NCBI GenBank assembly: GCA_902524235.1
Contig: CABZCF010000004.1
Location: 4,788 to 68,787 of the forward strand
Source: an uncultured Pelagibacteraceae bacterium
Lineage (GTDB): Bacteria; Pseudomonadota; Alphaproteobacteria; Pelagibacterales; Pelagibacteraceae
Reading direction: 5' to 3'
Length of the DNA: 64,000 bases
Position numbers and translations under genes: made by a program. Positions 21,119 to 31,084 of the stretch are shown piece after piece (within the stretch, counting starts at the first letter, position 1; every line of letters starts with the position of its first letter). The notes beneath the pieces are model-generated. The model was not told the origin of the DNA. It ran no database searches and saw nothing but the letters and a program-made list of their open reading frames with translations.

Positions 21119-21841
21119 TCAGATTTTACTAAGGTTTTTTGATATTATTAAACATTCTTTGTCGATTATACCATTTAATAACTTTGTTCTATATTTTCTT
21201 TGGAAAGCTAAGGTTAAAAGTTTTTTATTTTTTGAATTAGAGTCAACAAAATATCCAATCTTTTTAAGATTTAAATAAAAGTTATTTTTTTCATTTTTTG
21301 AAACTTTTTTATTTCTAAACGAAGCTAGCTTTATTTGGCTTATATTATGCCATAAAGATAAATTTTTTTTAGCAAATAGCTCCCAAGGAAATTTTTCTCC
21401 CGGATCTTTTTTTCGTGCATAAGAGACATCTGAATGGCCTAGTATATTTTTTTTATTTATATTTAATTTTTTTTTTAAAAATTTACATAATTTTAGAGAA
21501 CTTAAAATCTGTTTTTTATTAAAAGCAGGATATTTAGATGTATGACCTGGGTTCTGAATTTCAATGCCAACAGAATATTTATTTAATAGCTTAAATTTTT
21601 TCCATTTTGACTTACCAGCATGCCACGCTATATATTTTAGTGGAACCATCATAATAACTTCACCGTTTTTTTTAACAAAAAAGTGAGAACTTACTTTTGA
21701 ATTGACATCAGTTAGTCGATTTATTGCCTTATTTTCGCTTTTCATTCCAGTATAGTGAATAATTATGAATTTTACTTTTCTAAGACTTCTCTTAGGAGTA
21801 GAAAAATTAGGTGAGTAATTTAATGAAAAATTGTACCTCAT
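21119..21841 (-). CDS. N-acetylmuramoyl-L-alanine amidase (Amidase_2, AmiD/AmpD-like)
   Basis: IIIHYT, VSSHF, AWHAG, SVGIE, GHSD and KDPG motifs; C-terminal PG-binding-like AFQRKY. Confidence 0.92.
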   Translation of the reverse strand: MRYNFSLNYSPNFSTPKRSLRKVKFIIIHYTGMKSENKAINRLTDVNSKVSSHFFVKKNGEVIMMVPLKYIAWHAGKSKWKKFKLLNKYSVGIEIQNPGHTSKYPAFNKKQILSSLKLCKFLKKKLNINKKNILGHSDVSYARKKDPGEKFPWELFAKKNLSLWHNISQIKLASFRNKKVSKNEKNNFYLNLKKIGYFVDSNSKNKKLLTLAFQRKYRTKLLNGIIDKECLIISKNLSKI

Positions 21842-21906
21842 TAGCTAGATTTTATCATAGTAATTACTCATTTACATTGATAAAAGATTTCATATACAAT
21901 CTAAGA

Positions 21907-22689
21907 ATGAAAAAATATTTAATCCTACTATTTTTAAGTTTATTAATAACTTTTAATGCTCACTCTAGCTCTGACGGCACAAACGAGATATCAAAGAAAA
22001 GCAGCGGAGAGGTAAAAGATTGTTTTGAAAGTTTAAATAGAGGAATATTTGCATTTAACCAAGCGCTTGATACTTTGATAATCGAGCCAGTTGCAAAAGG
22101 TTATAGATATCTTCCTAAACCAATAAGAAATGGAACTAGTAATGTGCTTAACAATATTTCTTTAGTTGTAACAATTCCTAATAATATTTTGCAAGGTGAT
22201 ATAAAAGTTGCTGGCAAAAATAGTGCAAGATTTATTTTGAACTCAACAATTGGAATTTTAGGTTTCTTTGATCCTGCAACTAAAATTGGATTGAATGATT
22301 ATGTTAAAGAAGATTGGGGTCAGACTTTAGGTGCGTGGGGTGTAGGAGAAGGTTGTTACATAGTATTACCTGTATTAGGTCCTTCAACTTTAAGAGATGC
22401 GTCTGCTTCTTTAGTAAATTATTCTGGAGGTAACGCTTGGTATAACATTACTGTAGATGAAGATACGCATTATTTTTCCGATTTTGATTATTATGCTTCA
22501 AGGGGTTTAACAGGAGTAGATTTTAGAGCAAAAAATATAGAGTCATTTGACAACTTAGAGGCTAACTCTCTAGATTTCTACGCATCAGTAAAAAGCTTAT
22601 ATTTGCAAGATAGAAAGAAAAAAATTTTTAACTCAGATGAAATCATTGAAACATTAGATGACAGCGATTGGGAAGAAATAGATAATTAA
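21907..22689 (+). CDS. mlaA: MlaA/VacJ family protein
   Basis: FESLNRGIFAFN, RFILNSTIGILG, EDWGQTLG and LPVLGPSTLRD motifs. In-frame ATG at 21907 (MKKYLILL) preferred over the ORF-track start at 21811. Confidence 0.9.
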   Translation: MKKYLILLFLSLLITFNAHSSSDGTNEISKKSSGEVKDCFESLNRGIFAFNQALDTLIIEPVAKGYRYLPKPIRNGTSNVLNNISLVVTIPNNILQGDIKVAGKNSARFILNSTIGILGFFDPATKIGLNDYVKEDWGQTLGAWGVGEGCYIVLPVLGPSTLRDASASLVNYSGGNAWYNITVDEDTHYFSDFDYYASRGLTGVDFRAKNIESFDNLEANSLDFYASVKSLYLQDRKKKIFNSDEIIETLDDSDWEEIDN

Positions 22690-22703
22690 GTTTTGATACT
22701 TGA

Positions 22704-23297
22704 ATGTTAAAAATAAAAGTTAAAATTTTAATCCTTTTTTGCTTGTTATTATTTAATTCTACTGTTCAAGCAAAGAATCCAAGCGAACTTATTGTTGAAA
22801 TAGTTGACAAAGCTTCAAGTATTCTTTCAGGCAATGCAACTGATGATGAAAAAATAACTCAGCTAAATGAAATTGCTGAAAATAGTGTAGATATTAAAGG
22901 TATTGGGTTTTATACTTTAGGTAAATTTAGAAAAAATATTAGCTCAGAGGAGCAAGATAGATATGCAGATTTATTTAGAAAATATTTTTTAAAAAGCTTC
23001 TCCAGTAGACTTGTAACTTATACAGATCCAAAAATTAACGTAATTTCAGAAAAGGTAATCAATGAAAAATACACAATTGTAAATAGTGTTTTAGTTGCGA
23101 CCGAGAAAAGACCCGAGGTTAAAATAGATTGGAGGGTTTACACAAAAAATCCTGATAAACCTCTAATCAGAGATTTAATAGTTGAAGGATTAAGTTTAGC
23201 AAGAACTCAAAAAGAAGAATTTAAGTCGGTTATCCAAAATAATAACAACGATATCAATGCATTATTTAAAACTTTAGAGGATTTTATAAATAAATAA
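22704..23297 (+). CDS. mlaC: MlaC/Ttg2D phospholipid-binding periplasmic protein
   Basis: Signal peptide, IDWRV and DLIVEGLSL..TQKEEF motifs; follows mlaA. Confidence 0.9.
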   Translation: MLKIKVKILILFCLLLFNSTVQAKNPSELIVEIVDKASSILSGNATDDEKITQLNEIAENSVDIKGIGFYTLGKFRKNISSEEQDRYADLFRKYFLKSFSSRLVTYTDPKINVISEKVINEKYTIVNSVLVATEKRPEVKIDWRVYTKNPDKPLIRDLIVEGLSLARTQKEEFKSVIQNNNNDINALFKTLEDFINK

Positions 23298-23300
23298 ATC

Positions 23301-23750
23301 TTACTTTTTTTTAGCTAATTGCTGTAACAAATAAATTTCTTTTTCTGTTAAAGTATTCCTTTCCTCTTTTATTTGCTCTCTTAAGCTTAATAGGCTTAAA
23401 AGTATTAGAACTGAAGTGAGAAAATTAATTATTAAAAATAAAATTTCCTCTCTTGCGACAATAATTGTTGAAAAAAAAATTGATGTCCAAACAACAAAAA
23501 TACCTGATAAAATTTTTTTTTGGCTTTTAAGATCTTTAATTTTTAAAAATTGAATTTGGAGAACTATAAAAAAAAACATAATTAATGATATTATGCCCCT
23601 TAAAGTAATAACAACATCTACTCCTCCACCGTACAATTCTTTGTGTATCAAATATGCAATAATACCTTTGTAAGCAAAATAACACAAAACAACGAAAGAA
23701 GTTAATATAGATATTAAATAAGAATATTTAAACTTTATCTTAAGTTTCAT
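23301..23750 (-). CDS. Hypothetical membrane protein (about 4 TM)
   Basis: 149-aa ORF with four hydrophobic segments. Confidence 0.7.
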   Translation of the reverse strand: MKLKIKFKYSYLISILTSFVVLCYFAYKGIIAYLIHKELYGGGVDVVITLRGIISLIMFFFIVLQIQFLKIKDLKSQKKILSGIFVVWTSIFFSTIIVAREEILFLIINFLTSVLILLSLLSLREQIKEERNTLTEKEIYLLQQLAKKK

Positions 23751-23815
23751 ATTAATATTATATTATCTTTTTATAAAAAAAAAATTTAAATTTTTAAATT
23801 CGATTTTGTTAATTC

Positions 23816-23891
23816 GGTGGGCCCGCCAGGACTCGAACCTGGGACCAATACATTATGAGTGTACTGCTCTAACCAACTGAGCTACAGGCCC
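23816..23891 (-). tRNA. tRNA-Ile2 (CAT anticodon, lysidine type; Met less likely)
   Basis: GGGCCTG TA GCTC AGTTGGTTA GAGC A GTACA CTCATAA TGTAT TGGTC CCAGG TTCGAGT CCTGG CGGGCCC A. The 3' end reads ACCG, so CCA is not fully encoded. Confidence 0.93.
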
Positions 23892-23892
23892 T
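23852..23892. repeat. 41-bp direct repeat, copy 1 (att site; 5' half of the tRNA)
   Basis: attatgagtgtactgctctaaccaactgagctacaggccct, identical to 36298-36338. Confidence 0.95.
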
Positions 23893-23906
23893 ACTAGATT
23901 AATAAG

Positions 23907-23935
23907 CTTTTACTTGGTTTTTTATTTTCATTCAA
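23907..23935 (-). promoter_or_regulatory. Sigma70-like promoter for the intact tRNA-Ile
   Basis: TTGAAT-17 nt-TAAAAG, ending 15 nt upstream of the tRNA 5' end. Confidence 0.65.
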
Positions 23936-24023
23936 GTGAAGAAAAGAACAAACGCTCTTTTAATGTTGCTTCTGTGTGCCGTATGTTTTGAAATTCATTG
24001 GTATATTCGTTGGTATGAAATTT

Positions 24024-24050
24024 AAAACCTGGGAGATATATGTCTCCCAG
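24024..24050 (-). terminator. Intrinsic terminator after the 47-aa ORF
   Basis: Minus strand CTGGGAGA-catata-TCTCCCAG followed by GTTTT. Confidence 0.7.
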
Positions 24051-24075
24051 ATTTAATTTTTTAACCCGAACATAA

Positions 24076-24219
24076 TTACTTATTAAATCCACCAGTAACT
24101 AAGTTCCAAACAGCAGTTAAAGCGAAAAAGCTAAACCACCATCCAGTAGCTGGTAAAATCACTCCTAGAACTATAGCTTGTTCTACAACACCAGCCATTA
24201 AGTATTGCTTCAAAGTCAT
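24076..24219 (-). CDS. Unannotated 47-aa hydrophobic protein
   Basis: MTLKQYLMAGVVEQAIVLGVILPATGWWFSFFALTAVWNLVTGGFNK; SD AAAGGA upstream and a terminator downstream. Confidence 0.75.
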   Translation of the reverse strand: MTLKQYLMAGVVEQAIVLGVILPATGWWFSFFALTAVWNLVTGGFNK

Positions 24220-24307
24220 CTTTTATCCTTTCCGTAAGGCTTTTTGCCTTACAGAATATATCTAATTACTCTATTGAGGATTTTCATGTGAAATCCTATT
24301 ATTAACA

Positions 24308-27300
24308 ATGGACAAAACTAAAGCCAGTTTTCTTTTTTATATTACAATCATATTTACTTTATTTAGCTTTGAAATTTCATTAGCTAAATCAACTAATAAA
24401 AAAGAATTTGTTTCTATGGGAAACAAAGCATTCTATATGATCAAAGAGAAAAGTAATAACTTATATACTAAAAAATTTTCTGAACTGGTAATTCAAATTG
24501 ATAAAGAATTTGATATAGAAAAAATTAAATTTAAAAAAAAAGGTTTAAAAAAATATAAAGCAGAAATTTTAGTTTATATTTGTCAAGGTTATAAAAATAT
24601 ATACAAAAATTTAGATATGAAATTAATCATTGATAAGTGTAAAAGAGCAAATAATTATTTTGAAAAAAATAATCTATATACTGGTGATAAAGCAGAATAT
24701 AAGCAATTTATTCACAACATACTTGGCGAAATGTACTCATGGCAGTTTTATATCGACGGTGATAAAAAAAATTATAAAAATGCTATTAAATTTTCAAAAA
24801 TAAATCTCGAAGATGTAAGAAAAAAAGATCTTTTTTACTCAAATGCTTTGAAAAACCATGTCATAATATATAGGGTTAGTAGTGAATATAAAAAAGCTCT
24901 TAAATATCAAAAATTAAATTTAGAAAATTGGGACTGTTTTAAAAAAATTTCAGAATTACCAATAAGGGTCCAAAAGAGATGCATGTTAGATTTATCAGAT
25001 TATGCAGTACTCCATATGGATTTAGGTGGTTATGAAAATGAAAAGAAAGCAAAAAAAATTATTGATGATGTTATTAGCAATGAAACTAAAAATAATTTTG
25101 ATTTTAATACAAAAAATTCTATTCGGGTAGCTCTATATCAGCATTACATGAATCAACAAGATTTTGAGAGTGCAGAAAAAACAATCTATGAGGCAATTCA
25201 ATTTATCGTTAATACGCATGGCATAGATGGCACTGGAGAAATGTATTACGAAAATATGAGAAGACTTTATACCACAATGATTTCAATGGGACATATTTAT
25301 GAGGCTAAAAAAGGTTTAAAAGATTTAATAAATAATATTGAAAAAAAACATGGCTCTGAAAGTGTATTGCTAATAGAACCTCTTGATGAGTTCATAAGAT
25401 TATACAATCCTGCTTATTATTCTCTCGAAGAATTGGTCTTTCATAATAAAAAATTAATTAAAATACTGGATAAGAATAAAAAGACCTACAAAATGGGTAG
25501 ACATATTTCTCTAGCAACTATTGCAAGCGCATATTTAGATTTAGGTAATTTTAAACTTGCTGAAAAGTACTTCACTGAAAGCATTAAGTCGTCACCTCAA
25601 GAAGAAAATAATAATTTAAATCTAGGATTAATATCATCAAAAATAGCATTAAAGAAATTTGATGAGGCAAAGGACATTTTGAGTAAAATTAGGCCTCAAA
25701 ATACTTATCAGCAAATTGGTTATTTAGCTGCACAAGGATTAATTTATAAAAAAACAGGTGAATTAAAAAATTATACAAGTTCATTTTATAAAAATTATTC
25801 ATTCTACTCAGACTATGCTCAAGGTCTAATTTCTGAAAAAGGAGCTCCTAGCGTTCAATATTACGGACAAAAAATAATGACGCAATTGCATGGAGTCACA
25901 GATTTATCTGATGAAGATTATCTCACATTGAAAAATGGTTTTAATTCAATAAACAAAAATGATTTTGACTCAGCTATAGTCGAATTATTTGAAATAATAC
26001 GAAACTCGAAATTTAACAAACGAGTTGCCAATATTATAGAAAGATCACAAAACCCTAAAATAGAAAAAGAGAGAAGAAAACTTCAAGAGCTACAAATTGA
26101 ATTTGAAAAACTCCCAAAGATATCTTTGGAAGAGAAACAGACAGAACAAGTAATTAAAAATTTAAAAACATCTAAAGAAAAAATAGATAAACAAAAAAAA
26201 TTAATTTTATCAAAACTTGGTGATAATAAACTCAACACATATAGAAGATATAATTTGAAAGAAATTCAAAAAAGTATCAAAAATAATCAAGTAATTATCT
26301 CATATTTTTTTGACACAGAGAATTTATATATAATCTTATTATCAAATAACAATTTCGAGATAAAAAAAATAAGGAAAAAAAATAAAGTAGTTGAGGATCT
26401 TATTACAAAAATAAGAGACTCTTTGAACATAAATGATAAAGGAACAATAAATAAGTTTGATATCTCTAGTTCAAATAAATTATACAAGTTAATTGTTAAA
26501 CCAATCGAAAATCAAATACAAAATAAGTCAGAATTAGTCATAATACCTCATAAATCTTTAAATAGTTTACCTTTTGAAATCTTACTTAAAGGTAGTACAA
26601 AAAATAACGCAAAATTAGACTATACAAACTTAAATTGGTTTGGAAAAAAATTTGCAATAAGCTATTATCCTTCAATCTATTCATATTTCGAACTTAAAAA
26701 TCTTCCTAATAACAAAAGCTCATTTTCGTTTGTTGGCCTTGGTGATCCAAAATTCAAGACAGATAAAAGTTTATTAAGTAAAAAGATGGATATCAATAAA
26801 GTAATGTTAAGAGGTATAGCAAATCCTGACGAAATAAGAAAATTGAGTGAATTACCGGAAACGAGAGATGAATTGAATTTTATTGCAAAAATTTTCAAAA
26901 ATAACTCAAAATTATATTTGGGTAATGATTTTACTGAAGATAAAATTAAATCAATTGATTTAAGTAAGTATAAATTTATATCTTTTGCAACTCATGCTGT
27001 AATTGCTAACCAAATTGAGAATATAGGAGAGCCTGGATTGATATTAACACCTCCAATTAAAGCCGACAAAGATAATGACGGTATTTTAACTGTTTCGGAA
27101 ATTGAAAGATTGAGCCTTAATTCAGATATAGTAATTTTATCAGCTTGTAACACTGCTTCTGAGGACGGAAGCCCGAATGCAAATGGACTGTCGGGATTAA
27201 CAAGTGCTTTTTTTCAAGCTGGGACCAAAAGTATGCTCGTAACACATTGGGATGTAGAGACAAATTCAGCTGTTTATTTAACGACAAAAACTTTTGAGAA

Positions 27301-27424
27301 ATTAAAAAATATGAAAAATTTATCAATAGCACTTCAAAAAACAAAAAACGAAATGATGAATAATGTTGAAACATCACACCCGCTTTTTTGGGCACCTTTC
27401 GTATTAATTGGAAATCTAACTTAA
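24308..27424 (+). CDS. Helical/TPR-like plus CHAT (caspase-like) protease with N-terminal signal peptide
   Basis: LPFEIL, GLGDP, LPETRDE, SFATHA (His), ILSACNT (Cys), HWDVE and PLFWAPFVLIG motifs; hydrophobic N-terminus ending in SLA. Confidence 0.92.
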   Translation: MDKTKASFLFYITIIFTLFSFEISLAKSTNKKEFVSMGNKAFYMIKEKSNNLYTKKFSELVIQIDKEFDIEKIKFKKKGLKKYKAEILVYICQGYKNIYKNLDMKLIIDKCKRANNYFEKNNLYTGDKAEYKQFIHNILGEMYSWQFYIDGDKKNYKNAIKFSKINLEDVRKKDLFYSNALKNHVIIYRVSSEYKKALKYQKLNLENWDCFKKISELPIRVQKRCMLDLSDYAVLHMDLGGYENEKKAKKIIDDVISNETKNNFDFNTKNSIRVALYQHYMNQQDFESAEKTIYEAIQFIVNTHGIDGTGEMYYENMRRLYTTMISMGHIYEAKKGLKDLINNIEKKHGSESVLLIEPLDEFIRLYNPAYYSLEELVFHNKKLIKILDKNKKTYKMGRHISLATIASAYLDLGNFKLAEKYFTESIKSSPQEENNNLNLGLISSKIALKKFDEAKDILSKIRPQNTYQQIGYLAAQGLIYKKTGELKNYTSSFYKNYSFYSDYAQGLISEKGAPSVQYYGQKIMTQLHGVTDLSDEDYLTLKNGFNSINKNDFDSAIVELFEIIRNSKFNKRVANIIERSQNPKIEKERRKLQELQIEFEKLPKISLEEKQTEQVIKNLKTSKEKIDKQKKLILSKLGDNKLNTYRRYNLKEIQKSIKNNQVIISYFFDTENLYIILLSNNNFEIKKIRKKNKVVEDLITKIRDSLNINDKGTINKFDISSSNKLYKLIVKPIENQIQNKSELVIIPHKSLNSLPFEILLKGSTKNNAKLDYTNLNWFGKKFAISYYPSIYSYFELKNLPNNKSSFSFVGLGDPKFKTDKSLLSKKMDINKVMLRGIANPDEIRKLSELPETRDELNFIAKIFKNNSKLYLGNDFTEDKIKSIDLSKYKFISFATHAVIANQIENIGEPGLILTPPIKADKDNDGILTVSEIERLSLNSDIVILSACNTASEDGSPNANGLSGLTSAFFQAGTKSMLVTHWDVETNSAVYLTTKTFEKLKNMKNLSIALQKTKNEMMNNVETSHPLFWAPFVLIGNLT

Positions 27425-27427
27425 TTA

Positions 27428-30400
27428 TTACAATCCAAGATAAACATATGGAGCCCAGTAAAATGGTTTTTTATACTCTTCACCATATTTTCCCTCAATA
27501 AACTCTATTTTTGTTTTTTTTAATGCTTCTGAGACTGACACTTGATCATTTACACTTTTTTTAATTGTTTCAGTCATCAATATGTAAGCTGCTTTATCTT
27601 CAACAGGCCAATAAGTACTTATTATCGATCGCGCACCTGCTGAAAAAAAAGATGCAACAAGCCCAGAATAACCTTCGGCGTATTCATCTTTTTTTGAACT
27701 TGTATTACATGCTGATAAGATTACTAAATCAGTATCTAAGTTAAGTTCTGAAATTTCAGATGTAGTTAATAAACCATCATTTTCAATAGTTGAATTTTCC
27801 GGAGGAGACAAAACTATAAAAGGTTCATCATAATCTGAAAAATTTCCATAAACCTCTGCATGCGTCGCAAATGAAATAATATTAAATTTGCTTAAATCCA
27901 TTTTTTTAATATCTAACTCATTAGCATCTTCTCTCATAAGAAGTTTTGATTCAACGAATACTTTGCTAAATTCTTTTAGTTCTTTTTCAGTAAAAGGAAG
28001 TTCATTATATTTGTTAGAAATTAGCTCTGTGCTGTTAACGTTTCCATTTCTAAGAAATTTAATATCTTTTTTTACTATTTTTTTGTTTTCTTTAGAATTT
28101 ACAAATTTTGGATTGCCTATACCTAAGAAAGTCGATTTTTCGTTTAAATTTATTTTTTTTGAATTTTTAAGACTAATAAATGCCTCAATATTTGGAAGAT
28201 AACCTATTTCATATTCTTCTATAAAATATTTTGGTTTTTTAACATTATCTAATTGATCAATTTTTTTTACATCTATATCGGGTCTATTCATAACCATCAT
28301 CTCAAAAGGATAGCTACTATAATATTTATCAGCTAAAATTATTATTTTTTTTATATCCACTAAATGATCATTAATACTTTTAAAAAAAGTATTGAAAACT
28401 AATGCATTGATGTTTTCATTAAAATTAGTGCTTAATTCTGATGTAATATTTTTTTTTGATAAATCCAAAACACCTTTGGTTCTATAATTTGTTAGATATG
28501 TATCGGAAATTAAAAGTGTATTATCACTAGTAATTATAAAAGCCTGTTGTATTTCCTCATTAATCAGATAAATTAGTGCTTCATCTTTATCTAAATACTT
28601 CTGAACCTCATTTAGACTATATGTTTGAACCTTGTTATAATTGGAATAATTTTTATAGTTTTTAAGAATATACTTGTCAATTTCATCAATCTCTAATTCA
28701 TAACTAGCTTTTAGTTCTAATAAATCATTTATATTCTCTTCAAACAAAATTTTTGAAACTAGATTGTTATATTTAATTTTAATTTTACTTCTTTTAGTAA
28801 TTTTCTCTTCTAGATCTTTACTAATATATTTGTTCAAAAAATTTTTATTTGTTTTTGTTAAAATTTTTGATTGCTCATACTGTAAGTTTTTGAAAATTCT
28901 ATTTTTTAATTCATTTTTTTTATCAGGATTTATTGTCTTAAAATATTTTATATATTCATAAAATCCAGAAATATGAAAAATTAATTTGTCAGTTTTACCA
29001 GATGTGTCTAGATATTTGAATTTTGTGTTTAAATTATTTTTTTCATGTTTATCAAGGTATTCAAAAATATAATTAATATATTTTTTTTCGATTTCAGCTG
29101 TTTCTTCAAAATCTTTTTCATTCTTATTCATTAAACAAGCTGATTGAACGGCTAACAAACCTATTTCCGCATTCTTATAAATATCTTTATTTAATGATGC
29201 ATTTTTCAAATACTCAGTTTGCCAATCATTTTCACATACATAAAAATATGCATGGTTTTTTTCTCTATATTTAAAATCTATAATTTCTCTACTATTTAAA
29301 GGAGACAGAACAATCAAAGCAAATTGAACAGAATTTATATAATCATTCTTAAATCTTGCTTGATTTTTCTTTGAATATTTTTTGAATTCTTCACCTGATA
29401 AAAAATTATTAATAAATTTATCTACTCTATTAATCAGTTCAAGTATCTCATTTTTGGTAAATAAATCCTTTTCGAATGTATTAAGACCCCTTAGAATTGA
29501 TAAATTGACTCTATAGCATTCAAAATTATTTTGTTTTGCCTCTAATTTATTACAAAGTTTGGAAGATAAGTCTGAATACTTTTTATAATTTTCCTTGTCT
29601 TTTAAGTCTGCAAAAAGAATTATTATTTGATGGTACAAGTCAGGTAAAGTTTGATTTGTATCTTTGTAATCAGTTAGCATTTCATCAGAAATTACAGCAA
29701 AATATTCATTTTCAGCTCTAAAAGACTCATAATATTTAATTTGTTCTTTTAAAATATTCACAGCTTGAATTTTTCTTCCAGTACTGAATAATACTTCTGC
29801 ATATATCCTAAAGATCTCTAATTTGAGCCTTATTTTTTCAGCTTTAAATGTTTGTTGATCTAAATATGGATTTCTCTTTATGTAGTTTTCATAATTTAAT
29901 TTATCTAGGGAACCTAATAATTCAGTTACTTTTTGCTCTTTTTTTAATAGATCTAAATATTCATCAGTATTATTTATTTTAAAAATCTCAAATTTTATTT
30001 TCTCGTTCTCGCTGACATCATATTTTAATTGAAGATTTTCATAAAACTTTAAAAAATATTTAAATTTATCTAAATCACCAATTTTTTTTGAATTATCAAG
30101 TTGCCAGAAAACTACTTGTAAGTGTTTGTCTTTAATTACTTTATTTAAATCTTTTGAATTTTTTCTGTTTAAAAGAAACTGTAATATCTCAGAATATTTT
30201 TCTGAAAATTCAAAAGACAATGGCATACAATAAAATAAATTTTCGTAAATTTTTGCTATCTGATCATTTATCTCTATTATTTTTAAATCTGTATAATAAT
30301 TTCTTAGTTTTTCAATTTTATTTATTTTTAAATTATTTTTTATTTCCTGATCATAAAATATCTTACAATAGTTGACGTCAATTTTTTTTAATATTCTTGA

Positions 30401-31084
30401 TTTTTTTTCTGCGAATATAATATAACTTTCTAAATCATTTAACACTTTTGCTGTATTTAAATATGTATCAAATAATTTTATAACTTTATCACTATATTGA
30501 TGATCATCCTCTAAATAAGAATAATAAATTAATTTTGTAATATTTTGAAAATTTTTTTCTTTTTCAATATTTAGAATTTCAATTAATTTAATAATATTAT
30601 TAAATTCTTTTTCACTTTTTGGGAAATAAGTGCCGAGTTTATTATTATTTAGGCTTCTCTTGTAAGATGACTTGGATAAAATATAATTTAAAAATAAACT
30701 TTCCCATTGTTCTTTTTTAAAAAAATTATCATCATATTTTAAATTAATATAAGTATTTTTTGAAATAATCTTGTCTTCTATTAATCCCTCAAATATTTTT
30801 AAATATTCTTCTATTTTTTCTTCTTTTTCATAACAATATCGAATAAACATTAGATCAGATAAAATTATTGTAATTAAATTTTTTTCTTTAAATAAAGTTA
30901 AATCTTCTTTATATTTTTTGATTATAAATTCAAAGTTACCCTCATCATCTAAACATTGATATGGAGAGTGAGTTTCATTTGAAAATAAACATTTTGTTTG
31001 AAAAAATACTAAAATTGTTATTAAAAAACATAATTTAAGAAACTTCTTCAACCCTATCCCATTTGCCATCTTGATCATCATCAT
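27428..31084 (-). CDS. Second large helical plus CHAT protease (true start probably 31069 or 31051)
   Basis: YPFEMM, GIGNP, LPFTEKE, SFATHA, ILSACNT, YWPVED and PFYWAPYVYLG motifs; signal-like N-terminus KKFLKLCFLITILVFF. Confidence 0.92.
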   Translation of the reverse strand: MMMIKMANGIGLKKFLKLCFLITILVFFQTKCLFSNETHSPYQCLDDEGNFEFIIKKYKEDLTLFKEKNLITIILSDLMFIRYCYEKEEKIEEYLKIFEGLIEDKIISKNTYINLKYDDNFFKKEQWESLFLNYILSKSSYKRSLNNNKLGTYFPKSEKEFNNIIKLIEILNIEKEKNFQNITKLIYYSYLEDDHQYSDKVIKLFDTYLNTAKVLNDLESYIIFAEKKSRILKKIDVNYCKIFYDQEIKNNLKINKIEKLRNYYTDLKIIEINDQIAKIYENLFYCMPLSFEFSEKYSEILQFLLNRKNSKDLNKVIKDKHLQVVFWQLDNSKKIGDLDKFKYFLKFYENLQLKYDVSENEKIKFEIFKINNTDEYLDLLKKEQKVTELLGSLDKLNYENYIKRNPYLDQQTFKAEKIRLKLEIFRIYAEVLFSTGRKIQAVNILKEQIKYYESFRAENEYFAVISDEMLTDYKDTNQTLPDLYHQIIILFADLKDKENYKKYSDLSSKLCNKLEAKQNNFECYRVNLSILRGLNTFEKDLFTKNEILELINRVDKFINNFLSGEEFKKYSKKNQARFKNDYINSVQFALIVLSPLNSREIIDFKYREKNHAYFYVCENDWQTEYLKNASLNKDIYKNAEIGLLAVQSACLMNKNEKDFEETAEIEKKYINYIFEYLDKHEKNNLNTKFKYLDTSGKTDKLIFHISGFYEYIKYFKTINPDKKNELKNRIFKNLQYEQSKILTKTNKNFLNKYISKDLEEKITKRSKIKIKYNNLVSKILFEENINDLLELKASYELEIDEIDKYILKNYKNYSNYNKVQTYSLNEVQKYLDKDEALIYLINEEIQQAFIITSDNTLLISDTYLTNYRTKGVLDLSKKNITSELSTNFNENINALVFNTFFKSINDHLVDIKKIIILADKYYSSYPFEMMVMNRPDIDVKKIDQLDNVKKPKYFIEEYEIGYLPNIEAFISLKNSKKINLNEKSTFLGIGNPKFVNSKENKKIVKKDIKFLRNGNVNSTELISNKYNELPFTEKELKEFSKVFVESKLLMREDANELDIKKMDLSKFNIISFATHAEVYGNFSDYDEPFIVLSPPENSTIENDGLLTTSEISELNLDTDLVILSACNTSSKKDEYAEGYSGLVASFFSAGARSIISTYWPVEDKAAYILMTETIKKSVNDQVSVSEALKKTKIEFIEGKYGEEYKKPFYWAPYVYLGL

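Noticed and set aside
21811-21906. N-terminal extension of mlaA in the ORF track
   Set aside because: It overlaps the divergent amidase start; the ATG at 21907 gives a proper signal peptide.
23815-23818. tRNA-Ile ends ACCG rather than ACCA
   Set aside because: Non-encoded CCA is common and is completed by the CCA-adding enzyme; all stems are intact.
24053-24073. ATG just downstream of the 47-aa ORF
   Set aside because: It gives only MFGLKN before a stop and runs into the terminator.
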